A DNA stretch of 64,000 nucleotides from Octopus vulgaris (Eukaryota): assembly GCA_951406725.2 (NCBI GenBank), contig OX597819.1, positions 94,426,001-94,490,000 on the forward strand. The letters are read 5' to 3'. Both the position numbers and the translations under genes were made by a program. The notes under the pieces are model-generated. The model was not told the origin of the DNA. It searched no databases and saw only the letters and a list, made by a program, of their open reading frames with translations. Shown one piece after another: positions 14,407 to 26,658 of this stretch (position 1 is its first letter; every line of letters starts with the position of its first letter).

Positions 14407-14556
14407 TTTGGTGTTAGGAAGGGCATGCAGCCGTAGAAACATTGCCAGATCAGACTGGGCCTGGTGCAACCTTCTGGCTTCCCAGACCCCAGTTGAACCG
14501 TCCAACCCATGCTAGCATGGAAAGCGGACGCTAAACGATGATGATGATGATGATGA
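14407..14556 (+). mobile_element. RTE LINE 3' tail with (GAT)n
   Basis: TTGGTGTTAGGAAGGGCAT...CCGTCCAACCCATGCTAGCATGGAAAGCGGACGCTAAACGATGATG; same tail as 22135-22270. Confidence 0.85.
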
Positions 14557-14559
14557 TAT

Positions 14560-15535
14560 ATCATGTCCACAACTCAAATGTGGACGAGATATACCTTGAC
14601 TTTGCAAAAGCCTTTGACAAAGTCGACCATGGTATGATTTGTCACAAGCTGCATAATCTTGGCATAGTCAGAAAACTTGGGGAATGGTTGCATGACTTTC
14701 TAAAAGATAGAAGTCAAGTAGTGGTGGTCAATGGGGATACCTCTAAAGAAACAGAAATAATGAGTGGTGTTCCACAGGGCACAGTCCTGGGGCCACTGCT
14801 ATTCATAGTGACCCTTTCTGACGTGCTCTCAGCTGCTCAGGTAGCCACCCTTGCAAGCTATGCAGACAATACAAGAGTTTCTCAGACTACGGAACCTTGC
14901 AGTTGTTGTCATCCACAACATGAGTTGGATGCAATATACAGGTGGGCTGAGGAAAATAACATGCAGTTTAATGTTGGAAAATTCCAAGCCCTCTGCTACC
15001 AACACATGAAGCTCAATGAAAAGCAGATAGGATACACTGTCCTGGGAGGGACTATATCCTTGAATCAAAATCAGTGGGTGACCTGGGCCTCAAAATGGGT
15101 AATGATGCATCTTTCCAGATGCATATTTGACAATAAATGGCAAAATGCCATTTATTGCCAGTTTGGCAATAAAATGCAGATGCTTGGCTAGATGAATCTG
15201 AGAAAGGAAATCATGATGGTCCTCTGGAGGGTTTTCAGCCTCGGCTGTCTGGATTATTCTCCCTAGCTGTGGTCACCAAACAGTGTTAAATTAATGACAG
15301 AACTTTAGGCAATCCAGCAAAGCTACACAATGCGATATATCAGCTACTGGGAGAGACAGAAAGAGTTAAGCCTCTACTCTCTGGAGCAAAGGCGGGAAAG
15401 AGATGCAGTAATATACATGTGGAAAATCCTAGAAAACCTTGTGCCAAACTTTGGGATTGTCGGTTACATAAACTGCTGACTACAAAAGACCCGACATTGT
15501 GATCAAGATAAAGAACCAGATACTGCAACAGCCTT
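14560..15535 (+). mobile_element. CR1/L2-group non-LTR retrotransposon RT fragment (disrupted)
   Basis: IYLDFAKAFDKVDH, SGVPQGTVLGPLLF, YADNT, W...N.MQFN..K. Downstream frameshifted LDYS..LWSP and YWER..L.LYSLEQRRER..IY.WKILENLVPN. Confidence 0.9.
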
Positions 15536-15540
15536 CGCGT

Positions 15541-15790
15541 TGTGTCCTTGAGCAAGATACTTTATTTCACATTGCTCCAGTTCACTTAGCTGGCAAAAAT
15601 GAGTTGTACCTGTATTTCAAAGGGCCAGCCTTGTCACAATTTGTGTCATGCTGAATCTCCCTGAGAACTACGTTAGGGGTACGCGTGTCTGTGGATTGCT
15701 CAATCATTTGCACGTTAATTTCACGAGCAGGCTGTTCCGTTGATCGTATCAGCTGGGACCCTCATCGACGTAACCAACGGAGTGCTCTAC
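15541..15790 (+). mobile_element. 5'-truncated SINE body (family D, V-domain-like start)
   Basis: TGTGTCCTTGAGCAAGATACTTTATTTCACATTGCTCCAG start typical of SINE central domains; ends at a microsatellite. Confidence 0.55.
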
Positions 15791-15811
15791 ACACATATAT
15801 ATATATATATA

Positions 15812-15854
<43 letters not shown>

Positions 15855-15866
<12 letters not shown>

Positions 15867-16065
15867 ATGATTGTGTGTCTGTGTTTGTCCCCCCAACATC
15901 GCTTGACAACTGATGCTGGTGTGTTTACATCCCTGTCACTTAGCGGTTTGGCAAGAGAGACTGATAGAATAAGTACTAGGCTTACAAAGAATAAGTCCTG
16001 GGGTCGATTTGCTCAACTAAAAGGTGGTGTTCCAGCATGGCCTCAGTCAAACAAATATAAAAGAA
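15855..16065 (+). mobile_element. SINE family B 3' half
   Basis: Matches 58870-59086. Confidence 0.85.
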
Positions 16066-16084
16066 AAAAAGAAAAAAAGAATTG

Positions 16085-16504
16085 ACATCTTATTTTAGCA
16101 CTTTTTTCCATTATCAGATTTATCAAAAAATGGTTTAAATTTAGATTTCTTGGCCTTTTTATATATATAAAGAATTTTCTAGGGTTTGCTGAACAAAGGA
16201 GAAGAAAGAAAAAAAAATATTTTGATAAAGAGGGGGTGGTAAAGAGGTGGGGCTTTTGTATAGTCAGACTTGTTTGTTTAGTACTTAGTGGCCTTTTAAG
16301 GTGGGGAAGGAAAAAGAATTTTTTGTATTTGAATTGGTCAAGGCTTTAATTGAAAAACCCAGATGTTTTTGACTTTCTTCAGAAAAAATTATAATTGCAT
16401 TTTCAGGTATTGCTCTTTTGTGTTCATTAAAGTATGGACTTAGTCAACTTTTTTTGAATGAAATTTTAGATGTGATTTTTTTTAGTTCACTATACACCCA
16501 CACA
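16085..16504 (-). repeat. Dispersed AT-rich repeat, inverted copy of 20777-21229
   Basis: Reverse-complement identity over ~420 nt, e.g. CCTTAAAAGGCCACTAAGTACTAAACAAACAAGTCTGACTATACAAAAGCCCCACC. Confidence 0.85.
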
Positions 16505-16582
16505 CCAATTATATATATGCATACATACACATATACACATACTCACATACATACACACATGACATATATATATATATATATA

Positions 16583-16884
16583 TATCACCGTGACCGACCA
16601 GGCTATCAGATGTTGCTACACATCGCTGGTCACAATGCGCTTCGCATTGTTTTTTAGCCTTCAAATGACGCCACCCGCTGGCTAAGCGAGCAGGCCAACA
16701 GAAGAAAGAGTGAGAGAAAGTTGTGGCGAAAGAGTACAGCAGGGATCGCCACCCCCTGCCGGAGCCTCGTGGAACTTTAGGTGTTTTCGCTCAATAAACA
16801 CTCACAACGCCCGGTCTGGGAATCGAAACCGCGATCCTACAACCGCGAGTCCGCTACCCTAACCACTGAGCCATTGCGCCTCCA
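16583..16884 (-). mobile_element. tRNA-derived SINE family C, tail type 1
   Basis: Minus-strand head GGAGGCGCAATGGCTCAGTGGTTAGGG...GGTTTCGATTCCC with A/B boxes; CpG-rich, so probably young; flanked by (TA)n. Confidence 0.85.
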
Positions 16885-17184
16885 CTATATATATATATAC
16901 ATATATATATATGGGATTTTAATAATTTATATTCATGTTTTTTAATAACTACTTGCATTATTATCTTATATGCATTGAATAATATACTATATGTATGTAT
17001 GTTATTATGGTTGTCGTTTTGATAAATAAATAAGTTAACATTTTAATATCCTAAAGCTGATGAACCAACTAATGTGCTTCTCCATTTTCTTATTTGTAAT
17101 ATAAATTAATGGTAAAATATTTTTTTACCTTCACCCATTTAATACAATAAGTAAGTTTATTGCATTGCAATTAAAAACACTTGT

Positions 17185-17761
17185 GTCATGTAAAAGGGCA
17201 CCATTCAAGCGTGATCGTTATCAAAGTTGCCTTACTGGCACCTGTGCCGATGGCATGTGTAAACAGATTCCAGCTAGGTCATTGCCAGTACCGCCTGACT
17301 GGCCCCGTGCCGGTGGCATGTAAAAGACACCAATCAAGTGTGATCGTTACCAGCACCGCCTTACTGGCACCTGTGCCGGTGGCATGTGTAAAAAGATTCA
17401 AGCTAGGTCATTGCCAGTACTGCCTGACTGGCCCTGTGCCGGTGGCATGTAAAAGACACCATTCAAGCGTGATCGTTACCAGCACCGCCTTACTGGCACC
17501 TGTGCCGGTGGCATGTGTAAAAAGATTCGAGCGAGGTTGTTGCCAGTACCGCTTGACTGGCCCCGTGCCGGTGGCATGTAAAAAGTACCCACTACACTCT
17601 CAGAGTGATTGGCATTAGGAAGGGCATTCAGCTGTACAAATTCTGCCAGATCAAGATTGGAGCCTGGTGCGACCGTCTGGTGCGACCGTCTGGTTTGCCA
17701 GCCCTCAGTCAAAATCGTCCAACCCATGCTACCATGGAAAGTGGACGTTAAACGATGATGA
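17185..17761 (+). mobile_element. RTE 3'UTR-derived element with three 129-bp tandem units
   Basis: Period 129 (GACAC at 17326 and 17455), each unit a dimer of ~65-nt monomers; ends with the RTE tail and GATGATG. Confidence 0.85.
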
Positions 17762-17786
17762 TATATACACACACACACACACACAG

Positions 17787-17830
<44 letters not shown>

Positions 17831-18218
17831 TTAATAAAATAGGAGATGGAATATGTAACACAATGTATACTTTCCACATTCATATTTGAATTTTTTGTGT
17901 TTCAATAATTTTTCTCTAATTTTATTCATTCTCGAATTTGACACATATATAGTGGTATGTAAGCTGACTCAAGAAATCTCAAGTGAGACTTTTTATTGAT
18001 GTACCTGAAGAGACCCAGAATGGGTTGAAACATGTGTTGTACCCAATAAAGTCTATTACACATTCCATCTCCTATTTTATTAAGACTGTTGCCCCAACCA
18101 CCACTATGAAGTCCCTGTAGTAAATCTACAGATAACAACAGGTAATTAAAACTGTGCCAGTGCTTTACTCATCATCCATTTATACATTTTGTATAATTTA
18201 TACATTATATATACATAC

Positions 18219-18249
<31 letters not shown>

Positions 18250-18286
18250 TATATATACATATATACACACGCACATACATATACAT

Positions 18287-18324
<38 letters not shown>

Positions 18325-18700
18325 CACAATTTAGGTTAGCTGAAATGTGTTTGTCATATATTTCAACTGCTAAAGGCAAATACACTGCAGTTACCATGGA
18401 CACACACACACACACACTCAAAGACATCTATATATGTACATGTTCATATTTGTGTACCACACATACATAAGTACACATTATGATTTTATTTTTTAAATAA
18501 TTAATTAATATAATTAAAGATACATCTCTGTGGTTAAATAAATTTGGAAATTTTCGGTCATTTGAGGCACTACTCTTTTGTCCAAGTATTTGTCCTTCAG
18601 TTTGCAAAAAGGAATTTTTTAAAAAAAAGCAATACACAATGCTGTCACAATTATAGAAAAAGAGAGCCAAGTACACAAGAGGGAAAGCAGCTGTTCTTAT

Positions 18701-19009
18701 TTTATTTATTTATGCGCCCTTTTCAAGCCTAGCCAGACTCATGGGCCCGGTTTCTATGACATATGTATTCCCCCCAGCTGGACAGGACGCCAGTCCATTG
18801 CAGTGTTACTCAAGAAACAGGAAGAAAGAGTGAGAGAAAGTTGGGACAAAAGAGTACAACAGGGGTCACCACCACCCACTGCCAGAGCCTCGTGGTGCTT
18901 TAGGTGTTTTCACTCAATAAACACACATAATGCCCGGTCTGGGAATCGAAACCGCAATCCTCCGACCTCGAGTTCGCTGCCCTAACCACTGGGCCATTGT
19001 GCCTCCATA
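18701..19009 (-). mobile_element. SINE family C, tail type 2, with 12-bp TSD
   Basis: Head/body shared with 16583-16884; TSD AGCTGTTCTTAT at 18689-18700 and 19010-19021; (TAAA)n tail. Confidence 0.9.
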
Positions 19010-19188
19010 AGCTGTTCTTATAGAATTTCAGAATCTAGAGTGTTTTTGCAAGGTCCAACAACAATGTGGTAAAAAGACTTTTGCAATGGATTGCATTTTT
19101 GCAGTTTGCATTTTTTTCTTAGCCCCCATAGTTACCAAGAAAATCAATTAAAACTTTTTCTAATGGAATTCCCCTGTTTGTTCTGCCA

Positions 19189-19602
19189 TTAGTTAGTTAG
19201 TTAGTTAATTTTTTGGCTCAAAAAGCAAAAAGCAAGGCCATTTAGGGGGACGTGGAGTTATGTACAGGGTGGTGTTCATGTAAAGAGTTCAGGCCATTTG
19301 TGGTCAAGGGAGACTTTGAACCGAGCGGTCATCAGCATCTTCACTATCTCGTCTGGCAGCTTATTCCATGGATCTGCAACCCGGACGGAGAAAGTCCCTC
19401 TCCTTCGATTGAGATGAAAACGTCGCAGATAGAGCTTTTCGGAGTGACCCCGCAGCCGACGCTCTGGAGCAGGAGTGAAGAACAGCTCTTTCGAAAGGTT
19501 ACACTTTCCGCTTATGATGTTGTGAGCAAGAATGATATCACCACGGCGGCAGCGTTTTTCTAGAGAATAAAGGTCGAGCATCTTCAGCCTTTCTTCATAA
19601 AC
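19189..19602 (-). mobile_element. CR1/L2-group LINE 3' end with (TAAC)n tail
   Basis: YEERLKMLDLYSLEKRCRRGDII...LRGHSEKL...FSVRVADPWNKLP...FKVSLD, short 3'UTR, TAAC repeats. Confidence 0.9.
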
Positions 19603-20484
19603 AACCAGTTGCTCACACAGCCGGCATATACCATTTTGCTAGCAACAAGGGGAGTACAGAATGACAGTCAGCCAAAACTTTCACTATGCTGTCTCTCTTT
19701 TTCGCCCCTTTATAGGGTTAATAATCTTAATCTTTAATTACAGTTTCTCATTCAAACTACATAATAGGTAGAATTGTCAGATTAAGACAGTAGGGTGTTT
19801 TGAGGGAGATTTGACTGCTATTTCTACCCTGTAGAGGTCTGAACTTAATTTTCATTCACATATTTTCATTTCAAAAATTTAACATAATCTTTTCCATAAA
19901 TCAACTATTGTATAAATTTTATACGATGACCTCACATTTTCTACGTATGTGTATGTACCTTAAAAGATGTCAATCATCATGGCACAGACCTTCACACACT
20001 CTATCTCTCTTTCTCACCCTCTTTCTCTCTCACATACACACATGCAAGCACACTCACACAAACATGCACACACATACACACACACACACATCCGTTTCAT
20101 ATATCTTCTTTCAATTTCTGCTCTCTGCAAATAAAATTTTTATAGATACAACTGCTTACAAAAATAGGGATTAATGTATAATTTTTTTCTATGTTCATAA
20201 TTAAATCAATGTTTTAATGATTAGACAGAAGTCCAGAAACAGACTACATACAAATTCGTTCTTCACAACTCCTGAAGCTGTTTTCTGACAAAGAAGGGGA
20301 GGCAGTCAAGAAATTTTCATACAGTTGGAGGCTTCAATCGAAACAGAGGGCCCAAAATGATAAGGTTGAGAAACACTGTTATAGATTATGCCTAACCGAA
20401 AACGATCACAGCCACATCATCCAAATAGACCGGGTAAAACAAACTCAATAAGTCTCCACAAATACAGCAAATCGTAAGGCAATC

Positions 20485-20761
20485 TGCTGTGTTTGAGGAG
20501 ACCTATTGAGTCAAGTACATCAACATCAAAGTAAAAATCAAATGGAAATTGTAGATGTGATACCCATGCCGGTGGCACGTAAAAAGCACCCACTACACTC
20601 ACGGAGTGGTTGGTGTTGGGAAGGGCATCCAGCTGTAGAAATGCTGCCAGATCAGACTGTAGCCTGGTGCAGCCTCGTAGCTTCCAGACCCCAGTCGAAC
20701 CATCCAACCCATGCTTGCATGGAAAACAGATGTTAAACGATAATGATGATGATGATGATGA
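20485..20761 (+). mobile_element. RTE 3'UTR/tail fragment
   Basis: GCCGGTGGCACGTAAAAAGCACCCACTACACTC...AAGGGCATCCAGCTGTAGAAA...(GAT)n. Confidence 0.85.
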
Positions 20762-20776
20762 TATATATATAATTGC

Positions 20777-21229
20777 TGTGTGGGTGTATAGTGAACTAAA
20801 AAATTAATTATTTCGAAAACATCTAAATTTCATTCAAAAATGTTGATCACATCCATTCTTTAATGAACATAAAAGAAAAAAACCTGAAAATGCAATTATA
20901 ATTTTCATTGAAGAAAGTCAGAAACAACATCTGGTTTTTCAAGTAAAATCTTAACCATTTAAAATACTAAAATTCTTTTTCCTTTCTCTTCTTTTTCCTT
21001 CCCCACCTTAAAAGGCCACTAAGTACTAAACAAACAAGTCTGACTATACAAAAGCCCCACCTCTTTACCACACCCTCTTTATCAAAATATTTTTTCTTCT
21101 TTCTTCTCCTTTGTTCAGCAAACCCCAGAAAATTCTTTATATATATAAAAAGGCCAAGAAATTCAAATTTAAACCATTTTTTGATAAATCCGATAATGGA
21201 AGAAAGCGTTTAAAATGTAAATAAGATGT
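20777..21229 (+). repeat. Dispersed AT-rich repeat, inverted copy of 16085-16504
   Basis: See partner copy. Confidence 0.85.
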
Positions 21230-21321
21230 AAATAAAACAAAATATATATATATATAATCATCTCACATTCTGACTACCTTTATTATTCTAAATATACAAC
21301 ATTTGTACATCACTTAAAAAA

Positions 21322-21391
<70 letters not shown>

Positions 21392-21394
<3 letters not shown>

Positions 21395-22270
21395 TGCTCT
21401 ACAGAGTGTTAGTACCCTGAGAGAAATGTTGGACCTAAGGAGCATCAGTTGTGGTGTGCAAGAGAGACGATTGCGCTGGTATGGTCATGTGGCGAGAATG
21501 GATGAAGATAGGTGTGTGAAAAAGTGCCAATCCCTAGCAGTGGAGGGAACCCGTGGAAGAGGTAGACCCAGGAAAACTTGGGACGAGGTGGTGAAGCACG
21601 ACCTTCGAACTTTAGGTCTCACTGAGGAAATGACCAGCGACCGAGACCTTTGGAAATTTGCTGTGCGTGAAAAGACCAGGCAGTACAAGTGAGTCCAGCC
21701 CACTTATGCATGCCTTTCCTCCTTTGGACACACAAAGACCTGTTGAGGCAAGCGAAGTCGATATCGAACCTCATCTGACGACAGGCACCTATGCCAACCC
21801 CACTTTGCTTGCGAAGACCTGTTGGGGCAAGTGAAATCGGAATTGAAATTGAACCAATCCTATGACTGGCACCCGGCAGATGCCAGGACCCCTGGACTGG
21901 AGATATGTAAAAAGCACTATCCGAATCGTGGCCGATGCCAGCGCTGCCTCAACTGGCTTCCGTGTCGGTGGCACGTAAAAAGCACCATCCGAATCGTGGC
22001 CGAAGCCAGTGCCGCCTCAACTGGCTTTCGTGCCGGTGGCACGTAAAATGCACCAATCCGACCGTGGCCGATGCCAGCCTCGCCTGGCACCAGTACAGGT
22101 GGCACATAAAAAGCATCCACTACACTCACGGAGTGGTTGGCGTTAGGAAGGGCATCCAGCTGTAGAAACATTGCCAGATAAGACTGGAGCCTGGTGCAGC
22201 CTTCTGGCTTCCCAGATCCCTGGTCAAACCGTCCAACCCATGGAGAACGGACGTTAAACGATGATGATGA
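21392..22270 (+). mobile_element. 5'-truncated RTE LINE: C-terminal ORF, 3'UTR with tandem units, (GAT)n tail
   Basis: RRLRWYGHVARM...GTRGRGRPRKTWDEVVKHDL...DRDLWK (stop at 21692); inserted in (TA)n. Confidence 0.92.
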
Positions 22271-22589
22271 TATATATATATATATATATATATGTTGGTA
22301 TGGCTGTTTTTGTATATGTAAGAATTAACACTTCCTTTTTCTGAGCTGAGATTCAAAACCTTATCTAAGGATTCTTGCTCATCTGATCCACTACTGACCA
22401 AACAGACATGAAAGCAATTTCTCTGTCAAAAAATGATGGATTGTTTCCCTTCAACCTTCGACCTCAGCCATGTAATTTAAGGTTCAGGTGGACAGGAGGT
22501 GACCTACATAGGTAAGAATTTCTCCTGTGGTATGTCTGTCCTTCTAGCTTTCATGACCATTATAAATACAGCAATCCATCAAGAGACAA

Positions 22590-24240
22590 GTCAATATGCC
22601 CTCCTTAATCCACCGCTCCACCTCCTCCTCGAACTCACTTCTGGCATCTCCTTTCAGAGTATGCTGATAGCAGCCCACTTTATTTTTTAATGTCGGAGGC
22701 TCTCCCTTCCAGTGCCACTCCACTGTCCACCTCTGGCCATTGAAGACAGCACGAAAGTCCTGGTTTTCAATGGTGTGTGCAGCATACTTTTCTTTGTGGT
22801 TCTCACCAATGCATGGTCTCGCCATACACGGTCTCCCCGCAAAACCGAATGTTACACCGGCCACGTTGACAGTAACACCTCCTAAACAGATGATTGCATC
22901 CATCCCCCTCACCACGTCAATCTCGTCCACCAAGCGGCCAACTACAATTGCTCGCAGCGTCAGCTTTGTTCCCTGTACCACAATCTGTGCATCTGTAATG
23001 CCTTCACAGTGTACCTTTCTTCCATCGACTGTACTTACACTGCTTTCTCCACTCTACGTCTCTACCACTTCTGGAGTCATCAGGGTTGTTGTACAGCCCA
23101 TGTCCACAAGGGCTCGCAACATCTTCCCCTCCACCAGAATGTCGACTACAGGTAACGATAAATGCACCTCTATTGATTCGAAGGGATAACTACCGGCGCA
23201 GTAGTCTCCCTTAGACCATTTCCCTGCAGACATTCGCTGGCTATATGTCCTGTTTCTCGACGCTGGTAGCAAATGACTTCAGGCTTGGGTGACTTGCAGT
23301 CTCGTACCATGTGCAGGCCCTGACATTGGAAACACTGTCCTCTGAATGGTCACACACATTCCTTGTTTGACCCTTTTCTGCTACTCCTTGCTTGGCCACT
23401 TTTCATTGTTGCAGTCACTGCACTAGCATTGTCCTGCAACATGAAACTAGCACGCAAGCCCGAGATATAATGTCTGCCATCGCCATAGAGTTAATGTTCG
23501 GCAGCTTTTGCAACTCAACCAATATGTGGTCAGGAAAGCCAATCACAAATGCTAAATTAACCATTCGGTCCAGTGATTCTCCCTCATATCCCGCCAGTTT
23601 AGCCAATCTTCTGAGTTTGTTTGCAAATACATTGACCTGTTCGCCAGTCCACTTTGCTTTCCCCAGGCGAGCGTACGCCTTGAACATTCCTTCTGCAAAG
23701 GCCTCCATCAAACGGATTTCTATTTTTACCACGCTAAGTTGATCCCTTTCTTCCAATTCTAGGTATAGCGCCAACGCCGAACCATCTAGGTACAGCAGTA
23801 TAAAACTCGCTAAGTCGTTTATACTGTAGAGCTTCGCAACCAACTTCATCTTCTTCAACCAAGCGACTACATCCGTGTCACTGCAAAATGGTTTGACCAT
23901 ATTGTTCGAAATATGGACTACACTCATCATTCACTTTTTTTTTTTTTTGTTATGGGCCGCAATAGCTTGTAGTGTGATGGAGGAAAAAGACAACAGAAAA
24001 AGAAGCAAAAGGGAGAAAGAAATACAGAGACCTTACCTGTTGACCTAGGTGGGACGAGCGATCACTGTCAAGAATAAACACGTCCTTGCATGCTGCCGTC
24101 CCTCATCAAACCCCCCGCACATGCTTTTTGCCCACACATGCCCCCGTGGCATTTCCGCCAGCCCCTGCAGTCTTCACTTCCATTTACCTCATCTGCAATC
24201 CTCTCCACCAACACCACATAGCTCATCACAGCCCATAACA
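22590..24240 (-). mobile_element. Ty3/Gypsy-type LTR retrotransposon, 3'-truncated (LTR 23948-24240, gag, protease, start of pol)
   Basis: LTR TG...CA with TGTTATGGGC/GCCCATAACA termini; gag ORF 23415-23930; two zinc knuckles (CFQCQGLHMVRDC; degenerate CYQRRETGHIASEC); aspartic protease RALVDMGC; EVERWIKEGIL just before truncation. Confidence 0.88.
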
Positions 24241-24588
24241 CCACATGGTAAGAAGTTTGTTTTCCAACCATATGGTTCTGGGTTCAGTCCCACCACATAG
24301 CACCTTAGTCAAGTGTCTTCTACTATAGGTCCTGGGCCAACCAATGTCTTATGAATGGATTTGGTAGATGGAAACAGAAAGTGAGTATGAGAGAAAGAAA
24401 CTTAAATATGAATGTATTATTGCAGGAGAAACAAAAGAGCTATGCAGATTTGTGTGCATTGAAGTCTCCATGGAAAAATATTTCTGAAAGATTTTTTTAA
24501 ATGAAATAAATGTCCTCAATGAATAATAGACAATTGAATAGTTATTTAGGATGAATAAACTTCAGTATGCTGTACAACAGCAGTTCAA

Positions 24589-24793
24589 CCCTTTAGCATT
24601 CAGGTTACTCTGTCAAGTGTAATAATTATTTACACATTGTTTTGAATTAGTCATGCATTATCTCATACCTTTGAGCTTATGGTGATGTAATTGTATATTT
24701 TTAGAATAATGTTATAGGGAGAGGTAAGATTTGGCTGGTTTTAACATAAAACAAGTAGAACATTTGGATATGGTTGGTTTAACTGCTAAAGGG
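24589..24793. mobile_element. piggyBac-type MITE (205 bp)
   Basis: TIR CCCTTTAGCA/TGCTAAAGGG, flanked by TCAA and TTAA. Confidence 0.75.
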
Positions 24794-25954
24794 TTAACTG
24801 AACTGCATAGAGAAATTTTGGCCAAGGTGCTTACAACTAGGTAAAATAGGAATGTGCAAAGATAGTATGCAGTGTGCAGTCTTAACTATATCTTATACAC
24901 CAACATGTGTATAGTATACCAGTGATACATATTTCTTTAGACATTAGACAAAAATCATAACATAATTGTGACCCAACTAGATAATAGAATGAGCATTTTA
25001 ACTAAGTTTTAAGCATTTAAAATGATTGAAGGCCTTAAAGAAAACTTTGTATCTAACCCCAAATACAAATTAATTAAGTTAGTTAATTCCAAGAGAAGAT
25101 AAGTTAATATGAGAATTCTGAGTAATACTAACAATAGCATTAAGAAGACCAGCAATCCTCAGTAATAGAATAGTGATGATATCATTAACTCATTTAGAGA
25201 TTTACTCAATTCAACATTGTTGATATTTACCACTGTATACCTAAATTCTACGATGCAACACCCAAAAGTTTACCAAGAACTATAATACAATACACAAAAC
25301 CAATATAGATATAGTAATACATGCTATAAAAATACTACTGTTTGCTAAAAACTCCAGCGAGTCAAAAGTCTTACCCAGCATGTTCCTTCAAAATAAGTAA
25401 TTTTCTAAGATTATACATCTTAGATGTAAAGATGAAGAAATTTATTTCAATAGTAGATTTTGGCCTTTGCAAAGATGATAGGTTGACTATATCAAAAAAC
25501 ACTTTAAACAAATTTGAAATAATATCATTGACACTTTTAGTACTTTCAGCTTTTTAAACAGCTAAAAGAAGTTAACCTCCTTGATGCTACACTAGATTTA
25601 ATTGCCAGCTCATATGAATATTTCTAAAAACCTATTCAAAAGCTCTCTTATAACTAGGTAGGATTATGGTGTGCATGTGCACACACACACACATATTTTA
25701 AGGATCCTACCAACATTACCAGAAAGATTCCCAGTCTGTCACTTAATGCATAAATATTCATTAAGGCAATCACATGCTACAATTAAGCTTTTAAAAGCCA
25801 GCTGATTGAAAGTAAAAGTTACCTGGTCACTTTTTTTCCATTCCAACCCAGACTATGATTTGTACTGACTCCTTTCCACTAAATTTTAAATTTGATACAG
25901 CAAGAGAATTTCTGACCTTAATAGTCAAGCACTTTCGTGCCAAAAATAGATACA

Positions 25955-26350
25955 AGCCCAGACATGGCTGTGTGGTTAAGAAGCTTACTCCTCCAGCCAT
26001 GTGATCATGGGTGTAGAGTCCCACTGTGTGTCACCTTGAGCAAATGTCTTCTGTCATAGCCCCAGGTCAATCAAAGCCTTGAAAGTGGATCTGGTAGATG
26101 GAAACTGAAAGAAGCCTGTCATGTGTGTGTGTGTGTGTGTGCGTGTGCACGTGTGTTTTCCATCCCCATCACTTGAAAATTGGTGTTGGTTTGTTTATAT
26201 CTCCATAAATTTTCAGTTTGGCAAAAATGTACTGATGGAATAAGTATAGGGTTTTTAAAAAATAAGTATTGGAATCAATTTGTTCAACTAAGCATTTCAA
26301 GGCAGTGCCCCCAGCTTCATTGCAATCCAGGGACTGAAAGAAAACAATAG
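25955..26350 (+). mobile_element. Diverged SINE family B
   Basis: Head TGGCTGTGTGGTTAAG, internal (TG)n, family B 3' module. Confidence 0.75.
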
Positions 26351-26469
26351 AGATAGAAAGCTCTTTACCTGACACAACTTAAAACATAAGCTACAGTTGC
26401 AGCACAAATATGAAAAATATACTAATAGAAACATTGACTGATCATATTTCCCTACAAGGTGGGAAATAT

Positions 26470-26619
26470 AGGCACAGGAGTGGCTGTGTGGTAACCACAT
26501 GGTTCCGAGTTCATTCCCACTGTGTGGCACCTTGGGCAAGTGTCTTCTACTATAGCCTCGGGCCGACCAAAGCCTTGTGAGTGGATTTGGTAGACAGAAA
26601 CTGGAAGAGGCCCATCGTA

Positions 26620-26658
<39 letters not shown>

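Noticed and set aside
17185-17600. CRISPR-like array or 43-aa repeat protein (ORF 17181-17618)
   Set aside because: The intervening sequences are themselves repeated, there are no cas genes, the context is eukaryotic, and the array is part of an RTE 3'UTR. The ORF is a by-product of a 129-bp period.
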